A DNA stretch of 64,000 nucleotides from positions 30,541 to 94,540 of the forward strand of contig NZ_JAFIFQ010000005.1 in assembly GCF_020831925.1 (NCBI RefSeq). The letters are read 5' to 3'. The position numbers and the translations under genes were made by a program. Position 1 is the first letter of the stretch. Each line of letters opens with the position of its first letter. Shown in pieces: positions 45,248 through 54,161 of this stretch. Origin of the DNA: Alkalimonas sp. (GTDB lineage Bacteria > Pseudomonadota > Gammaproteobacteria > Enterobacterales > Alteromonadaceae). The notes beneath the pieces are model-generated. The model did not search any database, was not told where the DNA came from, and worked only from the letters and a program-made list of their open reading frames with translations.

Positions 45248-45478
45248 ATGCCTCGATATGTCTCTGTCCTGTTGGTTTTTATGCTGCTGTTTATCAGTGC
45301 TTGTGCACAGCAGCCTGTGCCTGCGAAAACTGCGAAGGTACACGATGCCTTGCAACAGCGCGAGCAGGGGCAAACAACCTAAACCGGTAAGTACTTGCTG
45401 GTGTGGGAACAGCGCGCCGTGGACTGGCTGATAGTGTTTTACAGCCTGAGCAGCAATCAAACTGAGGTGCGTCGCTAA
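45248..45478 (+). pseudogene. Probable pseudogene of an NTF2/DUF4440-like lipoprotein (not in ORF track)
   Basis: GGAG RBS; MPRYVSVLLVFMLLFISAC lipobox; in-frame TAA at 45380-45382; same frame continues TGKYLLVWEQRAVDWLIVFYSLSSN to TAA 45478. Confidence 0.5.
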
Positions 45479-45538
45479 CCGTGGCCGATGTGTAGCTGCC
45501 ACAGCATGGGTGAGAATGAACACTACAGAGGTTACGTG

Positions 45539-45967
45539 ATGAAAAAACGATTGGTTTTGTGCTTAGCTTGCTGTTCGCTGGCAGCTTTTTCCTGTGAGGA
45601 GCACCGTATCGACTGCAACAAGGCCTATAGCACTTATGACATCAATCAGTGTGCAGCCATGGAACTGGACAAAGCCAGGCAACAGCTGACGGACTATCTG
45701 GAAACTGTACTAGAGCATCGTCGTGATGATGCCGAACTTGTGGCAGCGATACAGGCAGCTCAGCAGGATTGGGAGCGTTATGCCAGTGCGCATTGCCAGG
45801 CGGTCTATACCCAGTGGCGCGATGGCACCATTCGGACAGCAATGGCACTGTCCTGCATGACCGAACTCACCCAGCAACGGACGCACGAGCTTTGGCAGCG
45901 CTTTCTCACCTTCATGGATAGCACACCGGCCGTGCTGCCAGAGCCAGGCCTGTTAGAACTGCCCTAA
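45539..45967 (+). CDS. LprI/DUF1311-family exported protein
   Basis: Signal peptide; DC...STYDINQCA, AQQDWERY...HC, ALSCMTELT..R pattern. Confidence 0.8.
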   Translation: MKKRLVLCLACCSLAAFSCEEHRIDCNKAYSTYDINQCAAMELDKARQQLTDYLETVLEHRRDDAELVAAIQAAQQDWERYASAHCQAVYTQWRDGTIRTAMALSCMTELTQQRTHELWQRFLTFMDSTPAVLPEPGLLELP

Positions 45968-46073
45968 AAATGGCAGTTTTGCCTTTGCTGCTTTCATATC
46001 TTAGTGGGGTGTTGGCGGGTTTTTGCAGCGCCCGGTTTGACCGGGCTCTGCTTCGAAATAAAATAGCTTTTTG

Positions 46074-47120
46074 TTATGGTAACCTTGGTTGTAACCATTG
46101 CTGCATCCGCTCAGTAAGCTGGGGTGCCAGGTGCATCTTGCCAAAAGCATGCTCTCCGGGTGCCAGCTCGTCACTGCGTAAAAAGAAATGATCCTGGTCC
46201 GGCATGATCTGCACAGTAAAATCCTGAGTTGGAGCTAACAGAAGAGCCTGCATCAATTCCGGCGCATTGACGCGGGCGGATGTCAGGGTATCAAGCGAGC
46301 CATACACTGCCAGGACTGGTTGCTGCACCTGAGTTAGTGCCGGTCGTGGGTCATAGCTGAAGAAAAAGCTCATCCAGGGGTCCAGCACCGTGCGGCTAAA
46401 ACCTTCGATCATGCCTTGTTCCCGTGCTTGTGCCTCCGCAATATCGCCCAGCTCAAATAGCTCAATGACCAGCTTTTCCATGTGCTCCATAGACCCGCCA
46501 GCGACTGAAAGCGCAACAATCTGCTGCAATAACTCTCGGACCATTGGCAGTCGTGGTGAATGCTCGCCAAACTGGCGGGCAAAGTTGGCAACTTGCTGAT
46601 CCACCCAGACAACCTCTCCGGGAAGCGCCGGTGTACCAAGCAAAATCATCCAATCCACTGCCTCTGTTCTGGCATTGGCAACTTGCGGTGCAATCATGGC
46701 TCCTTCACTAAAACCAATCAGGCCCAACTGGCTGAGTTGGAAATGCTGTTGCTCTTGCAGGAAGTCGATCACAGCTACCATATCGGTGACACGATCTGCC
46801 GTGGTAGAGGCTCGGGTTGAGGGGCCTGTTGACTGCCCTGTGCCACGATCATCCAACCGCAGCGAGGCGATGCCATGACGCTTCAGATAATCTGACATCT
46901 CTTTGAACATTGGGGTACCTGAGATAATGCCATCGCGGACATGGTCACCTGAGCCGGTGAGCAAAATGGCGACAGGAGCTGTGCTAACGCCGTCCGGAAT
47001 TACTAAGGTGCCGGCTAAAGTGACGGCGGGATCAGGGGTGCTGACTGTGACTTCAATATCCTGTGCCTGGGCGGTTAGGATCCAAGCCAAAGCGGACATT
47101 GTGAATAACCAGTGTTTCAT
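46074..47120 (-). CDS. Exported alpha/beta hydrolase
   Basis: Signal peptide; LAGTL, LTGSG, DDRGTGQS, GFSEG nucleophile, DHFF. Confidence 0.88.
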   Translation of the reverse strand: MKHWLFTMSALAWILTAQAQDIEVTVSTPDPAVTLAGTLVIPDGVSTAPVAILLTGSGDHVRDGIISGTPMFKEMSDYLKRHGIASLRLDDRGTGQSTGPSTRASTTADRVTDMVAVIDFLQEQQHFQLSQLGLIGFSEGAMIAPQVANARTEAVDWMILLGTPALPGEVVWVDQQVANFARQFGEHSPRLPMVRELLQQIVALSVAGGSMEHMEKLVIELFELGDIAEAQAREQGMIEGFSRTVLDPWMSFFFSYDPRPALTQVQQPVLAVYGSLDTLTSARVNAPELMQALLLAPTQDFTVQIMPDQDHFFLRSDELAPGEHAFGKMHLAPQLTERMQQWLQPRLP

Positions 47121-47428
47121 TGTTTACCTCTTTATTTTTGACAAATGAAGCATGCCGTATCGCAAATGACATGCCATTATTTTTTATTATAACAATCAAT
47201 TACCTATGTCTTTCTGCAAGGTGAGGTATGAGAAAGTTGGTGAAAGATTAGCGGATTGAGCCAAAAAATAGTTTTCTGCACAAGCTGTCAACGACAGGGC
47301 TCACCGCAGAGGCAACTGGTGGTCAGGGTCTAATGTCGTGTCTAAGAGCAGCTATCTGGTGGCAAACGGCTCTTCATTGTTGTAAGGTCTTGCCTTTTCA
47401 TAGTTCAGATCAAGAAGAGCGTGAACCC

Positions 47429-47767
47429 ATGAGTGATTTCCCTGCCTGCCCAAGCTGTGGCTCCGTCTATACCTACCGGGATGGGGCTCTGTTGCTCTGC
47501 CCTGAATGCGACCATGAATGGCAAGCCGGCGAAGAAACCCTGCCAGACGATGACTTCGTGGTAAAGGATGCCCATGGTAATATTTTGCAGGATGGCGATA
47601 CCATCACGGTGATAAAAGATCTGAAAGTGAAAAGCAGCTCTTTGATCGTGAAAGTGGGTACCAAGGTGAAGAACATCCGCCTGGTCGATGAAGACCACAA
47701 CATCGATTGCAAAATCGATGGCATAGGTGCGATGAAGCTAAAATCTGAGTTTGTAAAGAAAGCCTGA
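47429..47767 (+). CDS. phnA: PhnA/YjdM zinc-ribbon protein
   Basis: CPSC...[31 protein letters not shown]. Confidence 0.88.
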   Translation: MSDFPACPSCGSVYTYRDGALLLCPECDHEWQAGEETLPDDDFVVKDAHGNILQDGDTITVIKDLKVKSSSLIVKVGTKVKNIRLVDEDHNIDCKIDGIGAMKLKSEFVKKA

Positions 47768-47827
47768 GTCGCCGGGCGTTTTGGGCGATGATGGTGGCCA
47801 ATTTTTTTAGGTGAGTATGAGGACGTA

Positions 47828-48223
47828 ATGATGACGAAGCGACAAGGAGTTTACCTGGGATTGTTTGCAGTGCTTGGTTTGGTGTTACTCAAGCTGAATG
47901 TCGTAGAGGTAAATGTTAGCGTCACACATAGCCAAAATATTGCTTTGGAGCAGGGCTGGGATAACAGCCTTGCGGATATTGAAAGGCACCTGCAAGCGTT
48001 TAAAGCAGATACGCACGTACTGGCCGGTTATTTACGGCCGATGGGAAAAACCATAGCGGACTTTGAAGGCGCTTTAACAATGAGCATAGTCGCTGACGAG
48101 AATACCTATGCAATTAAGTTTGCGTCTCCTGAAGTGTTGGATCCTTACCGGCCTGGCATGGTTAATTTTGGCAAACAGTTCGAGGCCTATCTACTTAGCA
48201 ACCATGAAGCAATAACAGACTAA
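47828..48223 (+). CDS. Hypothetical protein with N-terminal membrane anchor
   Basis: 131 aa ORF, GAGG RBS; no recognised family. Confidence 0.6.
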   Translation: MMTKRQGVYLGLFAVLGLVLLKLNVVEVNVSVTHSQNIALEQGWDNSLADIERHLQAFKADTHVLAGYLRPMGKTIADFEGALTMSIVADENTYAIKFASPEVLDPYRPGMVNFGKQFEAYLLSNHEAITD

Positions 48224-48254
48224 CGGGCTGGCATCGGCTCATTTTAAAACCCTC

Positions 48255-48286
48255 TTGACTCTGTAGTTAGGTCTATAGTGTAAGCT
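48255..48286 (+). promoter_or_regulatory. MerR-family (ZntR/CadR-type) promoter-operator
   Basis: TTGACT-CTGTAGTTAGGTCTATAGTG (20 nt)-TAAGCT; same architecture as the E. coli zntA promoter. Confidence 0.7.
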
Positions 48287-48325
48287 CGAAGCTGAGTTGA
48301 CGTTTCTCAAGAGGGAGCCCATCCT

Positions 48326-49075
48326 ATGAGTGCTAGCAAAACGGCGGTCTTGTACCGCATGATGACGGCTAAACACCAATGCCCTTATGGGCTGAAAACA
48401 CAGTATTTACTCCGTCGTGCCGGTTATCAGGTGGAAGATCACCACCTGACAAGCCGAGATGAAATTGATGCTTTTAAAGCCAAGTATCAGGTGAAAACAA
48501 CCCCGCAGGTGTTTATTGATGGTGAGCGCATTGGTGGTTACGAAGACCTGCGCCGGCATTTGGGCAAGTCGGTGCCTGATGCCAATGCCACCAGTTACCG
48601 GCCTGTTGTAGCGTTGTTTTCACTGACGGCATTAACAGCCATGGCGTTGAGCCTTGGTGGGCATGGCGCTGGGCTTTCAGTGCAAACCGTGGAATGGTTT
48701 ATAGCGCTGTCGATGGTGGTGCTGGCGTTGCTCAAACTGCAGAATGTGGAAAGCTTCGCTACCATGTTTCTGAACTACGATGTAATGGCGCGTCGCTGGG
48801 TGCCCTATGGCTATGTTTACCCCTTTGCCGAAGGCCTGGCCGGCGTCTTGATGGTAGGTGGCTTACTCAATTGGTTGTCTATTCCGTTGGCGTTGTTCAT
48901 TGGCAGCGTGGGGGCTTTTTCTGTCTTTAAAGCGGTATACATCGATAAGCGTGAGCTTACATGTGCCTGTGTCGGCGGTTCGAGCAAGGTTCCTCTTGGC
49001 TTTGTGTCCTTGCTAGAAAATCTGATGATGATCGCTATGGCGAGTTGGATGTGGTATGCCCATGGCTGGTTTTAG
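48326..49075 (+). CDS. Glutaredoxin-MauE/DoxX fusion membrane protein
   Basis: CPYG and TTPQVFIDGERIGG (Grx); membrane domain with YPFAE and LTCACVG. Confidence 0.85.
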   Translation: MSASKTAVLYRMMTAKHQCPYGLKTQYLLRRAGYQVEDHHLTSRDEIDAFKAKYQVKTTPQVFIDGERIGGYEDLRRHLGKSVPDANATSYRPVVALFSLTALTAMALSLGGHGAGLSVQTVEWFIALSMVVLALLKLQNVESFATMFLNYDVMARRWVPYGYVYPFAEGLAGVLMVGGLLNWLSIPLALFIGSVGAFSVFKAVYIDKRELTCACVGGSSKVPLGFVSLLENLMMIAMASWMWYAHGWF

Positions 49076-49127
49076 CGGGCAACTGTGACGACCTGGCTGA
49101 GAGGTGATGTTGCATCAATCACTGGCG

Positions 49128-49901
49128 TTACTCCAGTGCCGCGATGGCTGGTGCTGTGAAGCCGGCGGCAATCACCCGGTGATGTTCGGGTAAAAAGGCT
49201 GAAATGGGTACCAGCTCTACTCCGAGCTCGGGGAGTTCGGCTAAACGCTGTTGCAAAAAGCGGTAGGTTTCAGGGTAAGGGTGGCCGATGGCAATGGCTC
49301 TGTTGTGTCGTTTGGCAATGCGGATCAATAAATCAAATTGCTGCTGCAGCGCATCTTCACTGACATCATTATCCAGAAACACGTGCCGGCTCAGACTGGT
49401 AACGCCGTGCTGCTCGGCCTGATAGCGGGCTCGGCTATGCACAGTAGTCAGGCTATCGACAAAAAACAATTGCCGTTGTTTTAAATACTGCATCAGCCAG
49501 CTCATCGGTTGGTCTAGTTCTGTCAGCAGGCTGCCCATGTGGTTATTGACACCGATGGCGTAAGGAATATCCTGCAAGGCATAACTGAGCTGCCGGGTAA
49601 AATCTACCCGGTTCATATCGTGGGTCAGGCCGCCGGGGCCTAAGGCTTTGCCGTTGCTGGCCTGCATCGGCATATGCAGCATCACATCCTTGCGTTGGCT
49701 GTAGGCCAGCTGGGCGGATTGTTGACCATAAGGGGTAAAAGGCAATACAGCGATGGTAAGCGGGTAGGGCAGGCGCACCATATCCAGATCACTGCGTTGG
49801 TAGCCAATATCATCGATGATAATGGCAATTTGCGGTTTGGCCGCTACGCTGGTGCAGCAGACAAGCAAACACAGGAAGAGCAGTTTTAGTAATCCGTGCA
49901 C
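49128..49901 (-). CDS. Divergent polysaccharide deacetylase (YibQ-like)
   Basis: AIIIDDIGY, NNHMGS, FLDN, AIGHP; follows envC. Confidence 0.92.
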   Translation of the reverse strand: MHGLLKLLFLCLLVCCTSVAAKPQIAIIIDDIGYQRSDLDMVRLPYPLTIAVLPFTPYGQQSAQLAYSQRKDVMLHMPMQASNGKALGPGGLTHDMNRVDFTRQLSYALQDIPYAIGVNNHMGSLLTELDQPMSWLMQYLKQRQLFFVDSLTTVHSRARYQAEQHGVTSLSRHVFLDNDVSEDALQQQFDLLIRIAKRHNRAIAIGHPYPETYRFLQQRLAELPELGVELVPISAFLPEHHRVIAAGFTAPAIAALE

Positions 49902-50037
49902 AGGTCGCGTTCGTTCTTATTGTTGATGGCGAAAGCACTGGTTAGCATTTCACCTTGAGCTTGTTTTTTTCATTATAAGTCGTTTTTTGACCAGGGAAAG
50001 CCCAAATTTTACCATTTAACCGAATGGCCGCGTGCTG

Positions 50038-51168
50038 CTAACGACTCTGCAACCAGCTCTGTGGATTGACCGCTTCGCCCTTGTCACGGATCTCAAAATA
50101 AACTCCTGGTGTTGCCTGGCCTCCGCTGCGACCGACCAGAGCAATTTGCTCACCCGCCATCACTTGTTCACCAGGCTCTTTCAGTAAATTCTGATTGTGG
50201 CCATACAGGCTCATAAAGCCTTCACCATGATCCAGTACCAGCACCCAACCATAACCTTTTAGCCAATCGGCATAGATCACTTGGCCGTTAGCAATGGCGC
50301 TAACTGCACTGCCTTCGCTACCTTCAATCAGGATGCCACGAGAGCGCAAACCGCCCTGACGCAATTCATTGAAGCGTTGCAGTAACCGACCTTGTAATGG
50401 CCATTGCAATTGGCCTTTAAGCGCAGTTAAACCAGAGAGCTGAACTTGCTGAGCCCGGGCTTTTAAGGCATCGATAGTCGCTTGCAGGCTGCTTTCATTT
50501 TGGCGCAGATAACTGAGTTGTTGGCCTTGTTCTTCCAGCAGGCGTTGCAACGAACGAACCGTGCTCTGTTGTTCCGTGCGGGCCAGTTGCAACTGCTCTT
50601 GGCGCTGTTGCAGGCTTTGCAGTTGTTGTTCCAGTAATTCCTGGCGGGATTGCAGCTCTGCCTGGACGCTTTCTAATTGTTCGGCGGTACTGCGGATCGC
50701 GCTTAATTGCTGCATCCGTGCCCGGTTAAAATACTGGTAATAAGTGAGTACCCGCTCCAACTGGCTGGCGTCCTGTTGATTGAGCAGCAGCTGGGTATAA
50801 TCATGTTGACCCAGTTGATAAGCACTTCGCAGTTGCGCAGCCAGTTGCTGCTGCTGTCTGGCAAAGTCTTGCTCTAGCTGCGCTTGCTCGGCAACCAGTT
50901 GTTGCAGCCGTTGCTCGGTTTCACGCAGAGCTTGTTGTTGTTGCTGTACTTGCTGGCTGGCAGTGGCAAGAGTTCTATCCGCTTGCTGCAGCAGGTTTTC
51001 GGCTTGTTGCAGCGCCTGTTGTTGTTGCTTTAGTCGCTGTTCTGTCTGGCGAATGCTCTCTTGCACTTCGGCCAGCTCTTGCTCTGAGCTGGCGCGGGGA
51101 TCCTGAGCCTGCAGCGCAGTGGTAAACAGCAGCAGGCTAGTCAATAGAAGCAGCTTAAGCGCTGGCAT
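50038..51168 (-). CDS. envC: Murein hydrolase activator EnvC
   Basis: Signal peptide, long coiled coil, degenerate M23 domain (HGEGFMSLYGHNQ). Confidence 0.92.
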   Translation of the reverse strand: MPALKLLLLTSLLLFTTALQAQDPRASSEQELAEVQESIRQTEQRLKQQQQALQQAENLLQQADRTLATASQQVQQQQQALRETEQRLQQLVAEQAQLEQDFARQQQQLAAQLRSAYQLGQHDYTQLLLNQQDASQLERVLTYYQYFNRARMQQLSAIRSTAEQLESVQAELQSRQELLEQQLQSLQQRQEQLQLARTEQQSTVRSLQRLLEEQGQQLSYLRQNESSLQATIDALKARAQQVQLSGLTALKGQLQWPLQGRLLQRFNELRQGGLRSRGILIEGSEGSAVSAIANGQVIYADWLKGYGWVLVLDHGEGFMSLYGHNQNLLKEPGEQVMAGEQIALVGRSGGQATPGVYFEIRDKGEAVNPQSWLQSR

Positions 51169-51171
51169 GGG

Positions 51172-52716
51172 TTAGTTCAGTTCAAACAGGTTGTGGCCTG
51201 TCATCTCGGCGGGTATGGCCATGTCCATCAGTCGTAGCATGGTGGGGGCTATATCGCTGAGAATGCCTTTCGTGGCGGCCTTCGCTGAGCGTCCCACATA
51301 AATCAGCGGTACCGGACAACTGGTGTGAGCGGTATGTGCCTGACCGGATTGATGATCAGTCATTTGCTCGGCGTTGCCGTGATCGGCGGTGATCAGGCAT
51401 TCGCCTCCTACCTGCTGCAATGCTTCTACCACCCGGCCAATGCAGTGATCGACTGCCTCAACAGCTTGGATGGCTGCCGACAGAATACCGGTATGGCCCA
51501 CCATATCACCATTGGGGTAGTTGCAAACAATCACATCGTACTTGCCACTGTGAATGGCGGCGACCAGCTGATCGGTTAATTCTTCCGAGCTCATTTCCGG
51601 TTGCAGATCGTAGGTAGCCACCTGCGGCGATGGGATCAAAATGCGCTCTTCGCCGGGGAACACGTCTTCCCGGCCGCCGCTAAAAAAGAAGGTAACGTGG
51701 GCGTACTTTTCCGTTTCAGAAATGCGTAGTTGGGTTTTCTGATGCTTAGCCAGCCACTCTCCCAACACATTATTCAGGCTTTCTGGCGGAAAGGCCGCTG
51801 GCGCAGCTAGATCAGCTGAATACTCGGTCAGCATAGTGAACTGGCTCAATTGTGGACGCTGGCCACGCTCGAAACCTGAGAAATCATTATTGATAAAGGT
51901 CTGACTGATTTGGCGAGCGCGATCGGCGCGGAAGTTCATAAAAATAAGGCTGTCGCCATCCTGCATACGGATCACATCGCCTGCAGCATCGGTGATAGCG
52001 GTTGGTTTAACAAACTCATCGTTTTCTTCACGCTGATACGCTTGTTGCAAAGCACTGATGGCATCGCTACTCAGATACTCGGCCTGACCCTTGGTTAGTA
52101 AGCGGTAGGCTTGCTCTACACGCTCCCAGCGGTTGTCTCGGTCCATGGCGTAATAACGGCCTACAATGGAGGCAATCTGGCCACACGACGCTTGGTCAAA
52201 GTAGTCCTGAACACGCCGTAAGGAGGCTTCGGCGCTGCGAGGCGGCGTATCGCGGCCGTCTAAAAAGGCGTGCAGGTAGACTTTTTTAGCACCCTGAGCT
52301 CTGGCCATCTCCAGCATCGCCAGTAGATGGTCTTCATGGCTGTGCACACCGCCAGGTGACAACAAGCCCATTACATGCACAGCACCATCCGCTTCGACAG
52401 CCTTGGCGACGGCTTGTTGTAACACTGGGTTTTGTTGGAAGCTGCCATCTTCGATGGCTTTAGTGACCCGGGTAAAATCCTGATAGACCACCCGGCCGGC
52501 ACCCAGGTTGACGTGGCCAACCTCGGAGTTACCCATCTGGCCATGAGGCAAACCAACATCCATGCCCGAGCCTGAAATCAGCGTATGGGGGTAGTCCTGC
52601 CACAGCCGATCCATTACTGGGGTATTGGCCTGAGCAATGGCATTGGCATCTTTGTCTTCACGGTAACCCCAACCATCCAGAATCATCAATACTAACGGTT
52701 TTTTTGCCATGCTCAT
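51172..52716 (-). CDS. gpmI: 2,3-bisphosphoglycerate-independent phosphoglycerate mutase
   Basis: [27 protein letters not shown]. Confidence 0.98.
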   Translation of the reverse strand: MSMAKKPLVLMILDGWGYREDKDANAIAQANTPVMDRLWQDYPHTLISGSGMDVGLPHGQMGNSEVGHVNLGAGRVVYQDFTRVTKAIEDGSFQQNPVLQQAVAKAVEADGAVHVMGLLSPGGVHSHEDHLLAMLEMARAQGAKKVYLHAFLDGRDTPPRSAEASLRRVQDYFDQASCGQIASIVGRYYAMDRDNRWERVEQAYRLLTKGQAEYLSSDAISALQQAYQREENDEFVKPTAITDAAGDVIRMQDGDSLIFMNFRADRARQISQTFINNDFSGFERGQRPQLSQFTMLTEYSADLAAPAAFPPESLNNVLGEWLAKHQKTQLRISETEKYAHVTFFFSGGREDVFPGEERILIPSPQVATYDLQPEMSSEELTDQLVAAIHSGKYDVIVCNYPNGDMVGHTGILSAAIQAVEAVDHCIGRVVEALQQVGGECLITADHGNAEQMTDHQSGQAHTAHTSCPVPLIYVGRSAKAATKGILSDIAPTMLRLMDMAIPAEMTGHNLFELN

Positions 52717-52878
52717 GCTGTCGGTTTCTCCATTGGATTATGCGTCAATCTGAATGCTTTATCTTACCTGTTTTTTCTGCCGGCTGCAGCCCTGAACCGA
52801 GGCTGTCGGGGCTGTTTTATTGATACAAAGCGGGTATACTCTTGCTCTTTCAATTTGGCAAGAGTGCAAGAGAGCGTC

Positions 52879-53310
52879 ATGGAGCAGTGGATAGAATTTA
52901 TCGGTAACAACCTTATATTAAGTCTGATCTGGGCAGCACTGGCATTTATGTTGATCTTTGGCATGATCAAATCCCGCTTTTCCAGCATCAAACTGGTCAG
53001 CCCAACCGAGCTCACCATGTTGGTGAACCGGCAGAATGCAACTGTGGTGGATATTCGCCCGGAGGCCGACTTCAAGAAAGGCCATATCACAGGTGCGAAG
53101 CATCTGCCACTGAACGACATTATTCAAGGCGAAGCGAAAGGCCTTGAAAAGCTCAAAGCGGCCCCCATTATTGTGGTATGTCAGGCTGGCATTTCAGCGC
53201 AAAAAGCTGCGTCTGCACTTGCAAAGCAAGGTTGCAGCGAGGTGACGGTGTTACAAGGTGGAATGAACAGCTGGCTTGGTGCAAGCCTTCCTGTTGTTCG
53301 TGCAAAGTGA
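52879..53310 (+). CDS. Rhodanese-like membrane protein (YibN)
   Basis: N-terminal TM, VVDIR..F..GHI.GA, VVCQAG. Confidence 0.9.
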   Translation: MEQWIEFIGNNLILSLIWAALAFMLIFGMIKSRFSSIKLVSPTELTMLVNRQNATVVDIRPEADFKKGHITGAKHLPLNDIIQGEAKGLEKLKAAPIIVVCQAGISAQKAASALAKQGCSEVTVLQGGMNSWLGASLPVVRAK

Positions 53311-53317
53311 GGAACTC

Positions 53318-53572
53318 ATGGCAGACGTAACTATTTACACCAAAGCTTATTGTCCTTATTGTGTACGCGCAGTGGCATTACTCAACAGTAAAAAGGTCAA
53401 TTTTCAGGAGTTTCGCATTGATGTGCAACCTGAATTGCGCCCACAGATGATTGAAAAAGCGGGTGGCCGAAGCACGGTGCCGCAAATATTTATCAATGAT
53501 CAGCACATTGGCGGTTGCGATGATCTGGTTGCTCTGGATGCAGCCGGTAAACTGGACCCGCTGTTAGATTAA
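53318..53572 (+). CDS. grxC: Glutaredoxin 3
   Basis: CPYC, TVPQIFI, IGGCDDL. Confidence 0.97.
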   Translation: MADVTIYTKAYCPYCVRAVALLNSKKVNFQEFRIDVQPELRPQMIEKAGGRSTVPQIFINDQHIGGCDDLVALDAAGKLDPLLD

Positions 53573-53600
53573 TTATTGACTCAGAATTTTAGGACTTATC

Positions 53601-54098
53601 ATGGCCGAACAACAAGCAAACGGCGTTGCAAACGAGCAACAGGATCCACAGGCACTGCAATTTGCCATTCAACGTATCTTTGTAAAAGACATTTCTTTTG
53701 AAGCGCCAAATGCGCCTGCGATTTTCCGTAAAGAGTGGAAACCAGAGGTAAAGCTGGATTTAGATACCCGTAGCGATAAGCTGGAAGATGATGTCTATCA
53801 GGTGGTTTTATCCCTGACTGTCACCACGACGGTGGGTGAAGAAACGGCATTTTTGTGTGAAGTGCAGCAAGCGGGTATTTTCAGCATTGCGCAACTGCCT
53901 GAAAATCAATTGGCGCATATGCTGGCATCCTTCTGCCCGAACATTTTGTTCCCGTACGCGCGTGAGGCTGTCTCTAACCTGGTTAACCGGGGTACTTTCC
54001 CGCAGCTGAACCTGGCGCCGGTAAATTTTGATGCGTTGTTTGCTCAGTACGTGCAACAGCGTCAGGCTGAAGCAGGTGAAGCACCACAGATTAACTAA
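53601..54098 (+). CDS. secB: Protein export chaperone SecB
   Basis: [24 protein letters not shown]; terminator at 54116-54149. Confidence 0.98.
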   Translation: MAEQQANGVANEQQDPQALQFAIQRIFVKDISFEAPNAPAIFRKEWKPEVKLDLDTRSDKLEDDVYQVVLSLTVTTTVGEETAFLCEVQQAGIFSIAQLPENQLAHMLASFCPNILFPYAREAVSNLVNRGTFPQLNLAPVNFDALFAQYVQQRQAEAGEAPQIN

Positions 54099-54161
54099 GC
54101 TTCTTTCGCAAAGCCAAAAAACGCGCTGTCAGTGACAGCGCGTTTTTTTGGTCAAAAAGCA

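Noticed and set aside
45245-45523. 92-aa minus-strand ORF
   Set aside because: The plus strand has an RBS, a lipobox and a recognisable C-terminal motif, so this is probably its shadow.
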